Source: Dehalococcoidia bacterium
GTDB taxonomy: Bacteria; Chloroflexota; Dehalococcoidia; Plut-88900
Direction of reading: 5' to 3'
Length of the DNA: 64,000 nt
NCBI GenBank assembly: GCA_965197585.1
Contig: OZ240215.1
Span: 2,016,001 to 2,080,000 of the forward strand
In this document: positions 20,496-30,257 of the stretch, piece by piece
Position numbering within the stretch: the stretch's first letter is position 1
Layout of the letters: each line of letters opens with the position of its first letter
Notes under the pieces: model-generated
The model's database searches: none
The model's input: the letters and a program-made list of their open reading frames with translations, nothing else
Told to the model about the DNA's origin: nothing
Position numbers and translations under genes: made by a program

Positions 20496-21035
20496 CTACA
20501 CCCGCCGCTCGGCAAGGGCGCTTCGCATTGCCGAGAGCTTAGTCCTAGTGCTGCCGTCTATCAGACTGTCCCCGATCTTGATGACGATACCACCCACGAT
20601 ATCCGGGTCCACCCGCGACGTCAGCTTTATCTGCCTTCCGGTAGCTTCCGTCATCTGGTCCGCTATCCGTTTTTCTGCCTCGGCGTCCAGGGCAACGGCG
20701 GTGGTAACCTCCGCATTCCCGACTCCCCGATAGTCGTCCACAAGTTCCCGATACTCCGCGGCGATGCCTTCCGCCAGTGCGACCCGGCCCTTGGATACCA
20801 GAAGGCTGGTCAGGTTCCGGGCGAGGGTATCAAGCCCCGCCAACCGTTGAGCGGCCAACTCCTGCTTTTGGTCGGGCCTGACTTTCGGGCTTTCCAGCAC
20901 CTTGCGGAGGTCCGGGTCACCAAAAGCGGAAGCGAGCTCGGCCAGGTCCTCCTGCCACTTGTCCAGGCTGTCCTGGTCCCGGGCAATCTGGAAAACAGCC
21001 TGGGCATGCCTTCGTGCCGAAGAGCCTGCAGCCAT
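20496..21035 (-). CDS. atpH: ATP synthase delta subunit
   Basis: ARRHAQA...VDPDIVGGIVIKIGDSLIDGS. Confidence 0.95.
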   Translation of the reverse strand: MAAGSSARRHAQAVFQIARDQDSLDKWQEDLAELASAFGDPDLRKVLESPKVRPDQKQELAAQRLAGLDTLARNLTSLLVSKGRVALAEGIAAEYRELVDDYRGVGNAEVTTAVALDAEAEKRIADQMTEATGRQIKLTSRVDPDIVGGIVIKIGDSLIDGSTRTKLSAMRSALAERRV

Positions 21036-21038
21036 TTG

Positions 21039-21545
21039 CTAGCTCCCGTCCTTTCGGGAGGAAACGCTTTCCTCCAGAACGTCATCGATCAGCTTGCGGT
21101 GGCGGTCCTCGTCCAACTCGGAGTTGATGACCTTCTCCGCCGCCGAAATGGCGAGTCCTGCGAATTCGCTGCGGACTTTCTCGACAGCGTCATCGCGCTC
21201 ACGAGTGATCTCGCTCCTGGCCCGCACGATCATTGCCTCGCCTTCCTTCTTAGCGTCCTCGCGAGCATCCAGTTTCAGACGCTCCCCCATCTCGGACGCC
21301 TGGCCTATGAGGCGCTGACCTTCTTGTCGGGCCTCACCCAAGGTCTTGCGGACCTCTTCTTCGCTGCGGGTGGACTGGGCCTTGGCGGCCTCAGCAGCCT
21401 CCAGGCTTTCCTTTATCCTGGAAGACCGGTTTTCCAGCAGCCTAAGTATGGGTTTGTAGAGGACCAGGCGCAGGATTATCAGCACCAGGGCGACATTGAT
21501 GATCTGCACCAGAAGCCCCGGCAGGTTGATTCCCAGCTCTCCCAA
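21039..21545 (-). CDS. atpF: ATP synthase Fo subunit b
   Basis: LGINLPGLLVQIIN...YKPI...AAEKVI; TTG at 21545 follows AAAGGAGAGG. Confidence 0.95.
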   Translation of the reverse strand: MGELGINLPGLLVQIINVALVLIILRLVLYKPILRLLENRSSRIKESLEAAEAAKAQSTRSEEEVRKTLGEARQEGQRLIGQASEMGERLKLDAREDAKKEGEAMIVRARSEITRERDDAVEKVRSEFAGLAISAAEKVINSELDEDRHRKLIDDVLEESVSSRKDGS

Positions 21546-21582
21546 TGGCCTCTCCTTTCGGAAGTTAGTACGTGTGCGCCGC

Positions 21583-21876
<294 letters not shown>

Positions 21877-21947
21877 CTACCGATCTTTTACCGTGTGAGT
21901 CGTCAGAAGCCGTTGTCAGTACAGAGAGCGTTCCTTGAGATTCTCCG

Positions 21948-23219
21948 CTATCGAGCGCTTCCGCTCACCTCTTCCGGGCCCGTTCCTTCCACCTGGGCCG
22001 GTATTCCTGCCTCCGCCTCGGAGTGCTCGTCATGGCCGTGAGCCGTGACTGCTATGACAGCAAACATCAAGGTGAGCACGGCGAAGATGGTGGCCTGGAT
22101 GAACCCGACAAACAGCTCCAACCCGTAGAAAGGCACCGCCAGGCCCAGGGGAATCAGGAACATCATTACGAAAATCAGGATTTCCCCGGCGAACATGTTG
22201 CCAAAAAGCCGGAAGGTGAAGCTGATCAGTCTAGCGATCTCGCTGACGCCTTCCAGCATTCCAACCAACAGGTCTAAGAACCCCGTGCTGATCCCGCGTC
22301 TGAATCCACTCAAATTAATGAATTTGCCGCCGTAGCCTAAGAAGCCGAGAGACCTGATACCCCAGAATTCAATGAAAAACATAGCTATTAAGGCGATGGC
22401 CAGGGTTGTGTTCAGTCCCGTGTTGGCGTTCCTGAACAGCGGTATCAGCAGAGCGACGTTTTGGCCCTCAGGCTGGCCATACTCGATATGGCCGTCCTCG
22501 AAGTGGATGTGATCGTCGGCGTATTCCGCCGCGGACATGCTCTGTTCGAAGAGGGCGAAGGGCATTACCCGGAAGGGGCCGACCTCGTCCCAGACATGGA
22601 AGTCCTTACCTTCCAACTCAGAGTAGATCTGCTTGCCGACGTGGTCGTTGGGGGCCGCGGACCTCTCGGACTCGCCCCAGTCCAGGAAGACTTCGAGTTC
22701 GTGCTCCGCCTCGGTGAGGGTGAGGTGAGGTTCGGCCTCTTCGGCTTTCTCCTCGATGATGTGGTGGACCACTTCCTCCGCCGCCTCCATTCGCCCGACG
22801 GTGCCGAAGCCCGGAACCAGGCTGATCCAGTTATTGATAATTATGAAGATGAAGATGGTGACGACAAGGGGATAGAAGCGCCGGCCGTTTTTTGCTCCGG
22901 CTATCGACTCCACCAGTCCTAGCAGCCAGGATAGCACGGCCTCGACAAGGTTCTGCAGGCCCCGGGGCACCATGCCCAGCTTCCGGGTCGCGAAGTAGGC
23001 GAGAATGAAGATGACGGCGAGACCGACCCAAGAAGAGAGGATGGTGTTGGTGAGGTTGAAGTCGCCGAGAGGGCCGAAGGGGATGAGCTCTTTGCCAAGG
23101 TTCTCGGGCTTGATCTGGATGGCGGGGAAGGGGAAGCGGAGGATCGTGTGACTGATAATAAGAGATAGTATGACCAGGACAAGGGCCAGAAGGACTTTCG
23201 GTTTGCGAAGCAATCCCAC
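21948..23219 (-). CDS. atpB: ATP synthase Fo subunit a with a large internal soluble insertion
   Basis: PRGLQN, RLISFTFRLFGNMFAGE, LELFVGFIQATIF; 423 aa. Confidence 0.95.
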   Translation of the reverse strand: MGLLRKPKVLLALVLVILSLIISHTILRFPFPAIQIKPENLGKELIPFGPLGDFNLTNTILSSWVGLAVIFILAYFATRKLGMVPRGLQNLVEAVLSWLLGLVESIAGAKNGRRFYPLVVTIFIFIIINNWISLVPGFGTVGRMEAAEEVVHHIIEEKAEEAEPHLTLTEAEHELEVFLDWGESERSAAPNDHVGKQIYSELEGKDFHVWDEVGPFRVMPFALFEQSMSAAEYADDHIHFEDGHIEYGQPEGQNVALLIPLFRNANTGLNTTLAIALIAMFFIEFWGIRSLGFLGYGGKFINLSGFRRGISTGFLDLLVGMLEGVSEIARLISFTFRLFGNMFAGEILIFVMMFLIPLGLAVPFYGLELFVGFIQATIFAVLTLMFAVIAVTAHGHDEHSEAEAGIPAQVEGTGPEEVSGSAR

Positions 23220-23452
23220 TAATGGTCTTCCTTGCTGTCGGTATTCCTCTTCAGCAGGGGGGACAGCATCCGGAACATACCCCAGAAAGCCGCCAGTATG
23301 CCCAGAGCCAGTCCTACAAGGGTCAAGATCGGGGCGGTGTCAGCCCAATGATCTATTAGAAGACCGCCTGCCACACCTATCCCGATGGCCGTGACTACAT
23401 ACCAACCCAGGCCCAAAAGCCGCAGAATATCCAGCCACTGCCTTCTGTCCAA
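23219..23452 (-). CDS. AtpZ/AtpI-family (ATPase gene 1) membrane protein
   Basis: Two TM segments, GLLIDHW..T.P, first gene of the atp operon. Confidence 0.85.
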   Translation of the reverse strand: MDRRQWLDILRLLGLGWYVVTAIGIGVAGGLLIDHWADTAPILTLVGLALGILAAFWGMFRMLSPLLKRNTDSKEDH

Positions 23453-23470
23453 ATCCCCCTCCCGCTCCGG

Positions 23471-23506
23471 TCGTGCATTATATCACAAAGAAAATTGGAG
23501 AGGCAA
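23471..23506 (-). promoter_or_regulatory. atp operon promoter overlapped by a Rex-like operator
   Basis: Minus strand TTGCCT-18nt-TATAAT (TG-extended); TTGTGAT-ATAA-TGCACGA at 23488-23471 spans the -10. Confidence 0.7.
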
Positions 23507-23676
23507 GGCCGGGTGAGACCAAGTTTGGAAAACGAATAGGTTTGGGGGGAGTCGTCCCAAAACTTGTCTTTGATTTGGACCACGTGAGTGACGACAACGC
23601 TACTGGATTCCAGTGTCGGGGCACGGGGATAACACCGAAAATAGGATCACAGGGAGGGGGGATGAGGGGGTGAGGC

Positions 23677-23887
23677 TCATGCGCTGTCAAGGTCTCGTTT
23701 GGGTATTCCCAAGTTGCGGATGATCCTTAGAAGCGTTCCCGGTTTAAATTAGCGATTGCTGTGGCGTGGTATGGGCGATGTGGCTCCCGTCTTGTCGTTC
23801 GCCCATATTTCGTGGCTCCCCCGCGCTTGAGGGACAAACACGCCAACCCAGACGTCGGAGTTTGCGCGTCAACTACCTATGGGTCAA
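23677..23887 (-). pseudogene. hicA: HicA toxin pseudogene
   Basis: Reconstructs to MTHR*LTRKLRRLG(fs)VFVPQARGSHEIWANDKTGATSPIPRHSNR*FKPGTLLRIIRNLGIPKRDLDSA: GSH motif, two stops and one frameshift. Its start overlaps the hicB stop. Confidence 0.85.
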
Positions 23888-24162
23888 ACGGAAATCTCGA
23901 GCACACTTGGCTGGGAAGAACGGTCGGCATCGGTCTCCAAGGGCGTCACACCAGGGGGCAAATCATACCCTCGTTCCTGATAGGTCAGAATGGTGGCCGC
24001 CACAACGCTTTCCAATATGGCGATAGTCTCTTCAGGAGTATCCCCCCATGCGACACAGCTGGGGAAAGACGGGACATCTGCCATGTACTTGTCCGGTTCT
24101 GTTGATTCCGATGGAGAGTACAGGGCACAAAGCAGGCGGTAGCGCTTTTTGCTTGTGATCAC
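23884..24162 (-). CDS. hicB: HicB-family antitoxin
   Basis: YMADVPSFPSCVAWGDTPEETIAIL...G..LP; GTG at 24162 follows GGAGG. Confidence 0.85.
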   Translation of the reverse strand: MITSKKRYRLLCALYSPSESTEPDKYMADVPSFPSCVAWGDTPEETIAILESVVAATILTYQERGYDLPPGVTPLETDADRSSQPSVLEISV

Positions 24163-24294
24163 CTCAGACCTCCCGGCTCGGGCAATAGAGAAACCGGTTC
24201 GTGACGCAAGAATTCCGCAATATCCGCGGGATGGTCGAGGAGGGCTCGCCCAGAGTGTTATGCAAACGGGGGGGGTCAAGGGAGGGAGGAAGGC

Positions 24295-24846
24295 CTATTC
24301 GGACTCTGCCGACTTCTTTTTGCCGAAGTCTTCCAGGTCCAGGTTGTCCACGAATTCCCGGAACGCCGAGAGTCGCTTCAGCTCTGCCTCATCGACGGGT
24401 TTTATGTCCGCAGCGTCGGCGGCGATGATCGGTTTGCCCGTCTCCTTGTCCAGGATGACCCCGGCCTTCTCCAGAACGATCTCCTCCACGAAGATAGGGG
24501 CTTTGACCCGGACTGCGAGGGCGAGGGCGTCGCTGGGGCGAGAGTCTATTTCAACCGTCTTGCCGTTGCTTTCGAGCATAATCTTGGCGAAGAATGTCTC
24601 GTTGTTCAGGTCTGAGACGACAATCGAGTTGACTGCCGCGCCCAAGTCCCCGATGACCGACTGCAGCAAGTCGTGGGTCAAAGGCCGGGGCACGGACACG
24701 TCCTGAAGTTTCACGGCAATAGCGTCTGCCTCGGCGGGGCCGATCCATATGGGAAGGTAACGGTCTGCGTCCTTCTCCTTAAGGATGACCACCCGCTGAT
24801 AGTTCATCAGGCTGACGCGGATGCTTTCTATGGTGACTTCAAGCAT
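24295..24846 (-). CDS. Bifunctional nuclease family protein (DUF151)
   Basis: LPIWIGPAEA, RPLTHDL, IDSRPSDALALA. Confidence 0.93.
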   Translation of the reverse strand: MLEVTIESIRVSLMNYQRVVILKEKDADRYLPIWIGPAEADAIAVKLQDVSVPRPLTHDLLQSVIGDLGAAVNSIVVSDLNNETFFAKIMLESNGKTVEIDSRPSDALALAVRVKAPIFVEEIVLEKAGVILDKETGKPIIAADAADIKPVDEAELKRLSAFREFVDNLDLEDFGKKKSAESE

Positions 24847-24914
24847 GGTATGGCTCTTCGCAACGGGGGCTATGAGTCCATTCTAGCCTACGCAATTTTT
24901 GGGTGTCAAACGAC

Positions 24915-26075
24915 TTACGGAGCACCCAACCCGAGAAACTTGCCAAGGACCTCGTCCGTATCCCCTCCGTGAAGGGGCGCGGCTCCCGTGACATCGGCTT
25001 GGGTGCGGGAAAATCTGATGGGGTTGTTTACCATCTTTACCGTACCTGACTCTGGGTGGGGCACGTCGATAATCATGCAGCGCGCCTTAGTATGCTCGTC
25101 GGCGACAACGTCGGCGATGTTGTTCACGGGGCCGCAGGGGATTTGGGCCTCGGTGAGTTCTTGGAGCCACTGGGCCGTCGATTTCCTGCGCATCCCCTCT
25201 TCGATTATGGGGTTCAGGTCATCATAGTTGAGGGTGCGGTTCCAGCTGGTGGTAAATCTCTCATCGTCGATGAGGTCCACCCGGTCGAGGAGGGCGCAGA
25301 AAATTGGCCACTGGTCCTTGGCCCCGCCGACAAATGCGAGAGCTACATATCCATCGCTGGTCGCGTACACCTGGAAGGGAGTCGTGACCGGGTGCCGGGT
25401 GCCGATGGGCGTGGGCACCTCACCGGTGGCGAAATAGCGGGCGAATGCGTTTTCCAACACGGCCATCTGGCAGTCGAGCATCGCCACGTCGATCATCTGG
25501 CCGACGCCGCTCCGGTCTCGTTCGTGGAGGGCAGACAGGATTCCGATGGTGGTGAAGAGGCCTGCCGTGATGTCGCCGAGAGAGGAGCCGGGCCTGACCG
25601 GCGGGCGTCCGGGCTCGCCGGTGATACTCATTATCCCACCCATCGCTTGAACTATTATGTCTAGTGCTGGGCGTTTTGTGTAGGGCCCCCACTGCCCGAA
25701 CCCCGAGACTGCCGCATAAATCAGCCTCGGATGCCGCTTGCTCAAAACTTCGTAGTCGAGGCCGAGGCGTTTCATCACGCCGGGGACAAAGTTCTCTACG
25801 AGCACGTCGAAGTGGTCGACCAATTCTAGAAATGTCTGTTTGTCCCCTTCGTCCTTGAGGTCCAGGATGACGCTCTTCTTGCCTCGGTTGATGCTCATGA
25901 AATAGGAGCTTTGGCCGTCTACGAAGGGCCCCGTGCCCCGGGCCATGTCTCCGCCCTCGGGGCGCTCAACTTTGATGACCTCCGCTCCGAGATCGGACAT
26001 GACCATTGTTGCGTAGGGCCCGGCGAGCACCCTGGTAAGGTCGAGAACTTTCACACCATCTAGTGGACCGGCCAA
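24915..26075 (-). CDS. Family III CoA-transferase (CaiB/BaiF)
   Basis: PLDGVKVLDLTRVLAGP, NRGKKS, VENFVPG, SGFGQWGP. Confidence 0.93.
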   Translation of the reverse strand: MAGPLDGVKVLDLTRVLAGPYATMVMSDLGAEVIKVERPEGGDMARGTGPFVDGQSSYFMSINRGKKSVILDLKDEGDKQTFLELVDHFDVLVENFVPGVMKRLGLDYEVLSKRHPRLIYAAVSGFGQWGPYTKRPALDIIVQAMGGIMSITGEPGRPPVRPGSSLGDITAGLFTTIGILSALHERDRSGVGQMIDVAMLDCQMAVLENAFARYFATGEVPTPIGTRHPVTTPFQVYATSDGYVALAFVGGAKDQWPIFCALLDRVDLIDDERFTTSWNRTLNYDDLNPIIEEGMRRKSTAQWLQELTEAQIPCGPVNNIADVVADEHTKARCMIIDVPHPESGTVKMVNNPIRFSRTQADVTGAAPLHGGDTDEVLGKFLGLGAP

Positions 26076-26169
26076 ATCGTCCTCCTCCGGGGAGTCTGCA
26101 CTCCCGAATAAGTCACGGACAAAGAAAGTTTACTACAGGGGTGTCGGGGCGCGGGATGGATGCAACCCT

Positions 26170-27459
26170 TTATTCGTCCCCGACGAGTTGGAGAAGGTCC
26201 TCATAGCTGGAGACCCGTGACATGGTTTCGATGAACTCCTTGAGCGTGTCGCTTTGCTCACGCACTTGCTGCACCTGATCGCCGATGGGGCTTACGGCAG
26301 TCGGACGGTCGGCATAGGAGCCGTGGAAAGCAAAATAGGCCTGGTTCAGCTTACGGAGAAAGTAGCCGTTGTTGGCAAAGACCAGCCGACGAGCCTCCAT
26401 GTAGGATTCCGCTTCCTCGATTTCCCCTTCGGCCAGAAGGCGGTCGGCCTCAAGCCGGGTCTCCCGCATCTCACGGTTGAAGCCGAAGACTGGGGGGTCG
26501 GGTGCAGGGGTGGGAGAGGCTCCTGGCTCGGGGGTGGGGGGTGGGGGCTGTGGGGTGTCTTCCATGTAATATCTTTCGTAGACGGCGTTACCGACTTCGT
26601 CCCCCGCGATGTTCGCGACGGTCTCGTTGATCGTGACCATCTCGCCGGACGACCAGTAGTTCCGACCCAGGGGATAGAAAACAAGGTAGTGATGGAACCA
26701 TTCATGCGCCACGGTGCGGAGCGTGTACTGGACGTTGGATGAAGCTTCGACGACGGCGGGGAATGTAGCTACGCCTCCTGTATCGATCACCAGGACGGAG
26801 TAGTCGTCATCCAAGCCCTCAACGTCCTCTTCTATAATCTCCCTTTCCACAACACCAAGCCCGGGCGTCAAGAGACGCGTCGACTCCAGCTCAATGCGGT
26901 CCCTGGGCGAGATGACGAGGACGGGTGGCGAGCTTTCGTACTTGAAATCCACGGGCGGAAAAAGGTAACCGTCCGCGTCCAGGAACCCTACGCGCCAGGA
27001 CATGCCTTCCTCGGCAAGGATACCGCTTATCTGCCCCTCTATAAGCTCTTCCACCCGATACTGGATATCCAGCCTCTGGATATCCACCTCTTCCCGCTCT
27101 TCTTCCAGGTCGGATACCTGTTCGCCGAGGGACACAGCCCGGTTTATTGCCCCTTCTATCCGATTGATCTCTCTGGTCAGTCGGGCGTATTCCCGGACCT
27201 CCGCGATGGCGTCCTCTTTGGACAATCCCTCATCGAAGAACGAGGCAGTCATTGAGAGCCACTTATCGAAGAAATTCCTCAGCTCCCAGGCAACAACATC
27301 GTGGTCATGGCCGTGGATCGCGCTCCCGATGCGGTCTCGGGTCTGGGGAGAGGAGGACGACAGCAGAACCAATGCAAACAAGATCAGGCAGACGGCCGAT
27401 AGCCGGGTCCGTCTGTTGCGCAAAAGGAGCTTGGCAGAATATCCCAATTTGGTAAGCAT
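26170..27459 (-). CDS. Membrane-anchored putative Zn-metallopeptidase (gluzincin-like)
   Basis: N-terminal TM; AHEWFHH followed by INET; C-terminal LNQAYFAFHGSYAD. Confidence 0.65.
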   Translation of the reverse strand: MLTKLGYSAKLLLRNRRTRLSAVCLILFALVLLSSSSPQTRDRIGSAIHGHDHDVVAWELRNFFDKWLSMTASFFDEGLSKEDAIAEVREYARLTREINRIEGAINRAVSLGEQVSDLEEEREEVDIQRLDIQYRVEELIEGQISGILAEEGMSWRVGFLDADGYLFPPVDFKYESSPPVLVISPRDRIELESTRLLTPGLGVVEREIIEEDVEGLDDDYSVLVIDTGGVATFPAVVEASSNVQYTLRTVAHEWFHHYLVFYPLGRNYWSSGEMVTINETVANIAGDEVGNAVYERYYMEDTPQPPPPTPEPGASPTPAPDPPVFGFNREMRETRLEADRLLAEGEIEEAESYMEARRLVFANNGYFLRKLNQAYFAFHGSYADRPTAVSPIGDQVQQVREQSDTLKEFIETMSRVSSYEDLLQLVGDE

Positions 27460-27609
27460 GGTCCCGCCCGGGCCAAGGGTGTTCGGCCCCTCTTCAGGAT
27501 AGCACCCCGATGCCTGTCTCTCCGACCTACGGGGCGGGCTGTTGCAGGGGTGCCGTACTTTTCCATACAATGACCTTGTTTTACAGATCAGGGGGAGGTC
27601 TGAGCAGTT

Positions 27610-29673
27610 ATGCAGAGCTACAAGTCCGAGTCAATCAGAAACGTGGCGCTCCTTTCCCACAGCAAGGCAGGCAAGACATCACTGTCCGAGGCCATACTCT
27701 TCAACGCTGGGCACACTACCCGGTTGGGCAGGGTTGAAGACGGGAACACCACTTCCGACTACGAGCCGGAGGAGGTGAACCGGGGAGGAAGCATCCAGCT
27801 GACCCTCCTTCCCTATGAATGGAACGGCACGAAGGTCAACCTGATAGACACGCCGGGCTATGCTGACTTCTTCGGGGAGGTGGTAGCCGCCCTGAAGGTA
27901 GCCGACTCCGCTCTGCTGGTGGTCTGCGCAGCCTCCGGCATAGAGGTCGGGACCGAGCTTATGTGGGGGGAAATCTCCGCCCGCGAACTCCCGGCGATGA
28001 TACTGCTGAACAAGATGGACCGGGAAAATGCAGACTTTGCAGCCGTACTGGAACGGATTAAGGATGAGTTTGGCCGACAGTGCGTGGCCATCCAGCTTCC
28101 CATCGGTGCAGAGTCAGATTTCAAAGGCGTGATAGACCTCATAACCATGAAGGCCAAGGGGCCTGACGACCAGGACATAGAAATTCCCGCCGACCTGGCC
28201 GACCAGGTCCGGGTCCTCCGGGACGCCATGGCCGAGGCCGTAGCCGAGTGCGATGACGACCTAACCATGAAGTACCTGGAGGGAGAGGAGCTGACGGAAG
28301 AGGAGCTGGTGCAAGGCCTCGCTGAAGGGCTGAAGTCAGGGGCCATAGTCCCGGTTATGGCGGCTGCGGCCCAGTCCAACACCTGTGTGAAGGCGATAAT
28401 GGACAACATCAGCGCCTACATGCCCTCCCCCATCGAAAAGGGGGGTGTGACCGCCAAGGACCTCGTGTCCGAGGAAACGATCTCCCTTAACGGCGGCGGT
28501 AACAGTCCGCTTGCCGCCTTCGTATTCAAGACCTCCGCCGACCCATTCGTAGGCAAACTGTCCTATTTCCGGGTGTACTCCGACACCCTTCACAGCGACT
28601 CCCAGGTCTGGAACTCGGGCAAGAACTCCGGCGAGAAGATAAGCCAACTCTTCATGGCCAGGGGCAAATCCCAGGAGAACGTGACCGAGGTAGTCACAGG
28701 GGACATCGGCTCGGTGGCGAAGCTGTCGGCAACGAGCAGCGGCGACACGTTGTGCAACCGAGACAGGCCCTTGGACCTCGGCAGAATCGACTTCCCATCC
28801 TCCCCCCTTTCCGTTGCTGTGATGGCCAAGTCCAAGTCGGACATCGACAAGCTGGGCTCCTCCCTCGCCCGCCTGGTGGAAGAAGACCCGACTCTGAAGC
28901 TCGGAATCGATCCCGACACCGGACAGATGCTGCTGTGGGGAATGGGCGAGGCCCATATCGACACCACGCTGCAGAAGCTGGACCGGAAGTTCTCGGTAGA
29001 GGTGGTCACCGAGATACCCCGGATACCGTACAAGGAAACCATCACCATGCCCATCAAGTCCGAGTACAAGCACAAGAAGCAGACCGGTGGGCACGGGCAG
29101 TACGGGCACGTGAAGATACAGTTGGAGCCCATGCCGCCGGGATCCGGGATAGAGTTTGCGCAGAAGGTAGTCGGGGGCAACGTGCCGAAGAACTACATAC
29201 CGGCAGTTGAGAAGGGCGTTATGGAAGCGGCGCAGGGTGGCGTGCTCACCGACTTCCCAATGGTCGACGTGAAGGTGACCCTGTACGACGGCAGCTCCCA
29301 TCCCGTGGACTCATCCGACATGTCCTTTAAGATAGCCGGGGCACAGGCCTTCAGAAAAGGAGCGACCCAGGGCAACCCCGCCCTCCTGGAACCGGTGATG
29401 CACGTGAAGATCACCGTCCCTGACACTTACACGGGAGACGTTATAGGCGACCTGAACACGAAGCGGGGCCGAGTGCTGGGGATGGAGCCGTTGAACGGGA
29501 AGACGGTGATCGAAGCGGAAGTCCCGCAGGCCGAGATAGTCCGCTACGCCGTGGACCTGAGATCGATTACCCAGGGGCGCGGGACCTACGCCACGGAGTT
29601 CGCGCACTACGACGAGCTGCCCGCTCACCTGACTCAGAGAATCGTCGAGAAGATACAGAAGGAGAGCGGGTAA
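27610..29673 (+). CDS. Elongation factor G paralog (EF-G2 type)
   Basis: [29 protein letters not shown]; divergent GTPase motifs. Confidence 0.93.
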   Translation: MQSYKSESIRNVALLSHSKAGKTSLSEAILFNAGHTTRLGRVEDGNTTSDYEPEEVNRGGSIQLTLLPYEWNGTKVNLIDTPGYADFFGEVVAALKVADSALLVVCAASGIEVGTELMWGEISARELPAMILLNKMDRENADFAAVLERIKDEFGRQCVAIQLPIGAESDFKGVIDLITMKAKGPDDQDIEIPADLADQVRVLRDAMAEAVAECDDDLTMKYLEGEELTEEELVQGLAEGLKSGAIVPVMAAAAQSNTCVKAIMDNISAYMPSPIEKGGVTAKDLVSEETISLNGGGNSPLAAFVFKTSADPFVGKLSYFRVYSDTLHSDSQVWNSGKNSGEKISQLFMARGKSQENVTEVVTGDIGSVAKLSATSSGDTLCNRDRPLDLGRIDFPSSPLSVAVMAKSKSDIDKLGSSLARLVEEDPTLKLGIDPDTGQMLLWGMGEAHIDTTLQKLDRKFSVEVVTEIPRIPYKETITMPIKSEYKHKKQTGGHGQYGHVKIQLEPMPPGSGIEFAQKVVGGNVPKNYIPAVEKGVMEAAQGGVLTDFPMVDVKVTLYDGSSHPVDSSDMSFKIAGAQAFRKGATQGNPALLEPVMHVKITVPDTYTGDVIGDLNTKRGRVLGMEPLNGKTVIEAEVPQAEIVRYAVDLRSITQGRGTYATEFAHYDELPAHLTQRIVEKIQKESG

Positions 29674-29720
29674 CGGGCGGCAGTACGGGGACAGTAACTC
29701 TCCTACATGTAATTCAAGTA

Positions 29721-29753
29721 AAGAGGCCGACACGCTAAGCGTGTCGGCCTCTT
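29721..29753. terminator. Stem-loop terminator between convergent genes
   Basis: AAGAGGCCGACACGC-TAA-GCGTGTCGGCCTCTT. Confidence 0.85.
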
Positions 29754-29780
29754 CTTGTGTTCGGAGGTGGCGGGAATAGC

Positions 29781-30218
29781 CTACTTGGGCGCTTCCCAGA
29801 GGGTGTAGTAGTTCTTGCCCGTGATTACTGCGGCAATTTCCTCTGCGTCCAGCTGCAGCAGCTTCTCGTAGCAGGTGTTGCATTTGCCGATGATTTCCCG
29901 GTTCCCGGTGAACATCATCCGCTCGATGATCTTATTCCAGAGGCCCAGCCGCATGAGGCTCTTGACCTGCTTGGGCCAGGGAATGATGGTGACGCTTTCG
30001 GGGCGGGGGAAGCGGGGGCGCATGCGCTTTATGGAGCGCAGCCGGTCATCTACGGACTCGGCCATGGGTACGACTCTGGCCATAGGGCCGTCTTCCAAGT
30101 CCGACCGGGTGTCGAGCACCAAGGACTTGCGAAGCATGGGGAAAAGTATAGAGATCACTTCGGCGGTCTCTATGGTTGTGGATATCTCGTCCAGGTCGAT
30201 GCGAAATTCACCGTCCAT
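29781..30218 (-). CDS. Hypothetical protein downstream of etfA
   Basis: 145-aa ORF with SD GGAGGGA, same strand as etfBA. Confidence 0.75.
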   Translation of the reverse strand: MDGEFRIDLDEISTTIETAEVISILFPMLRKSLVLDTRSDLEDGPMARVVPMAESVDDRLRSIKRMRPRFPRPESVTIIPWPKQVKSLMRLGLWNKIIERMMFTGNREIIGKCNTCYEKLLQLDAEEIAAVITGKNYYTLWEAPK

Positions 30219-30257
30219 CTGTTCCCTCCTGCCTGCTAAAGGACCAGGGAAGCCGAT

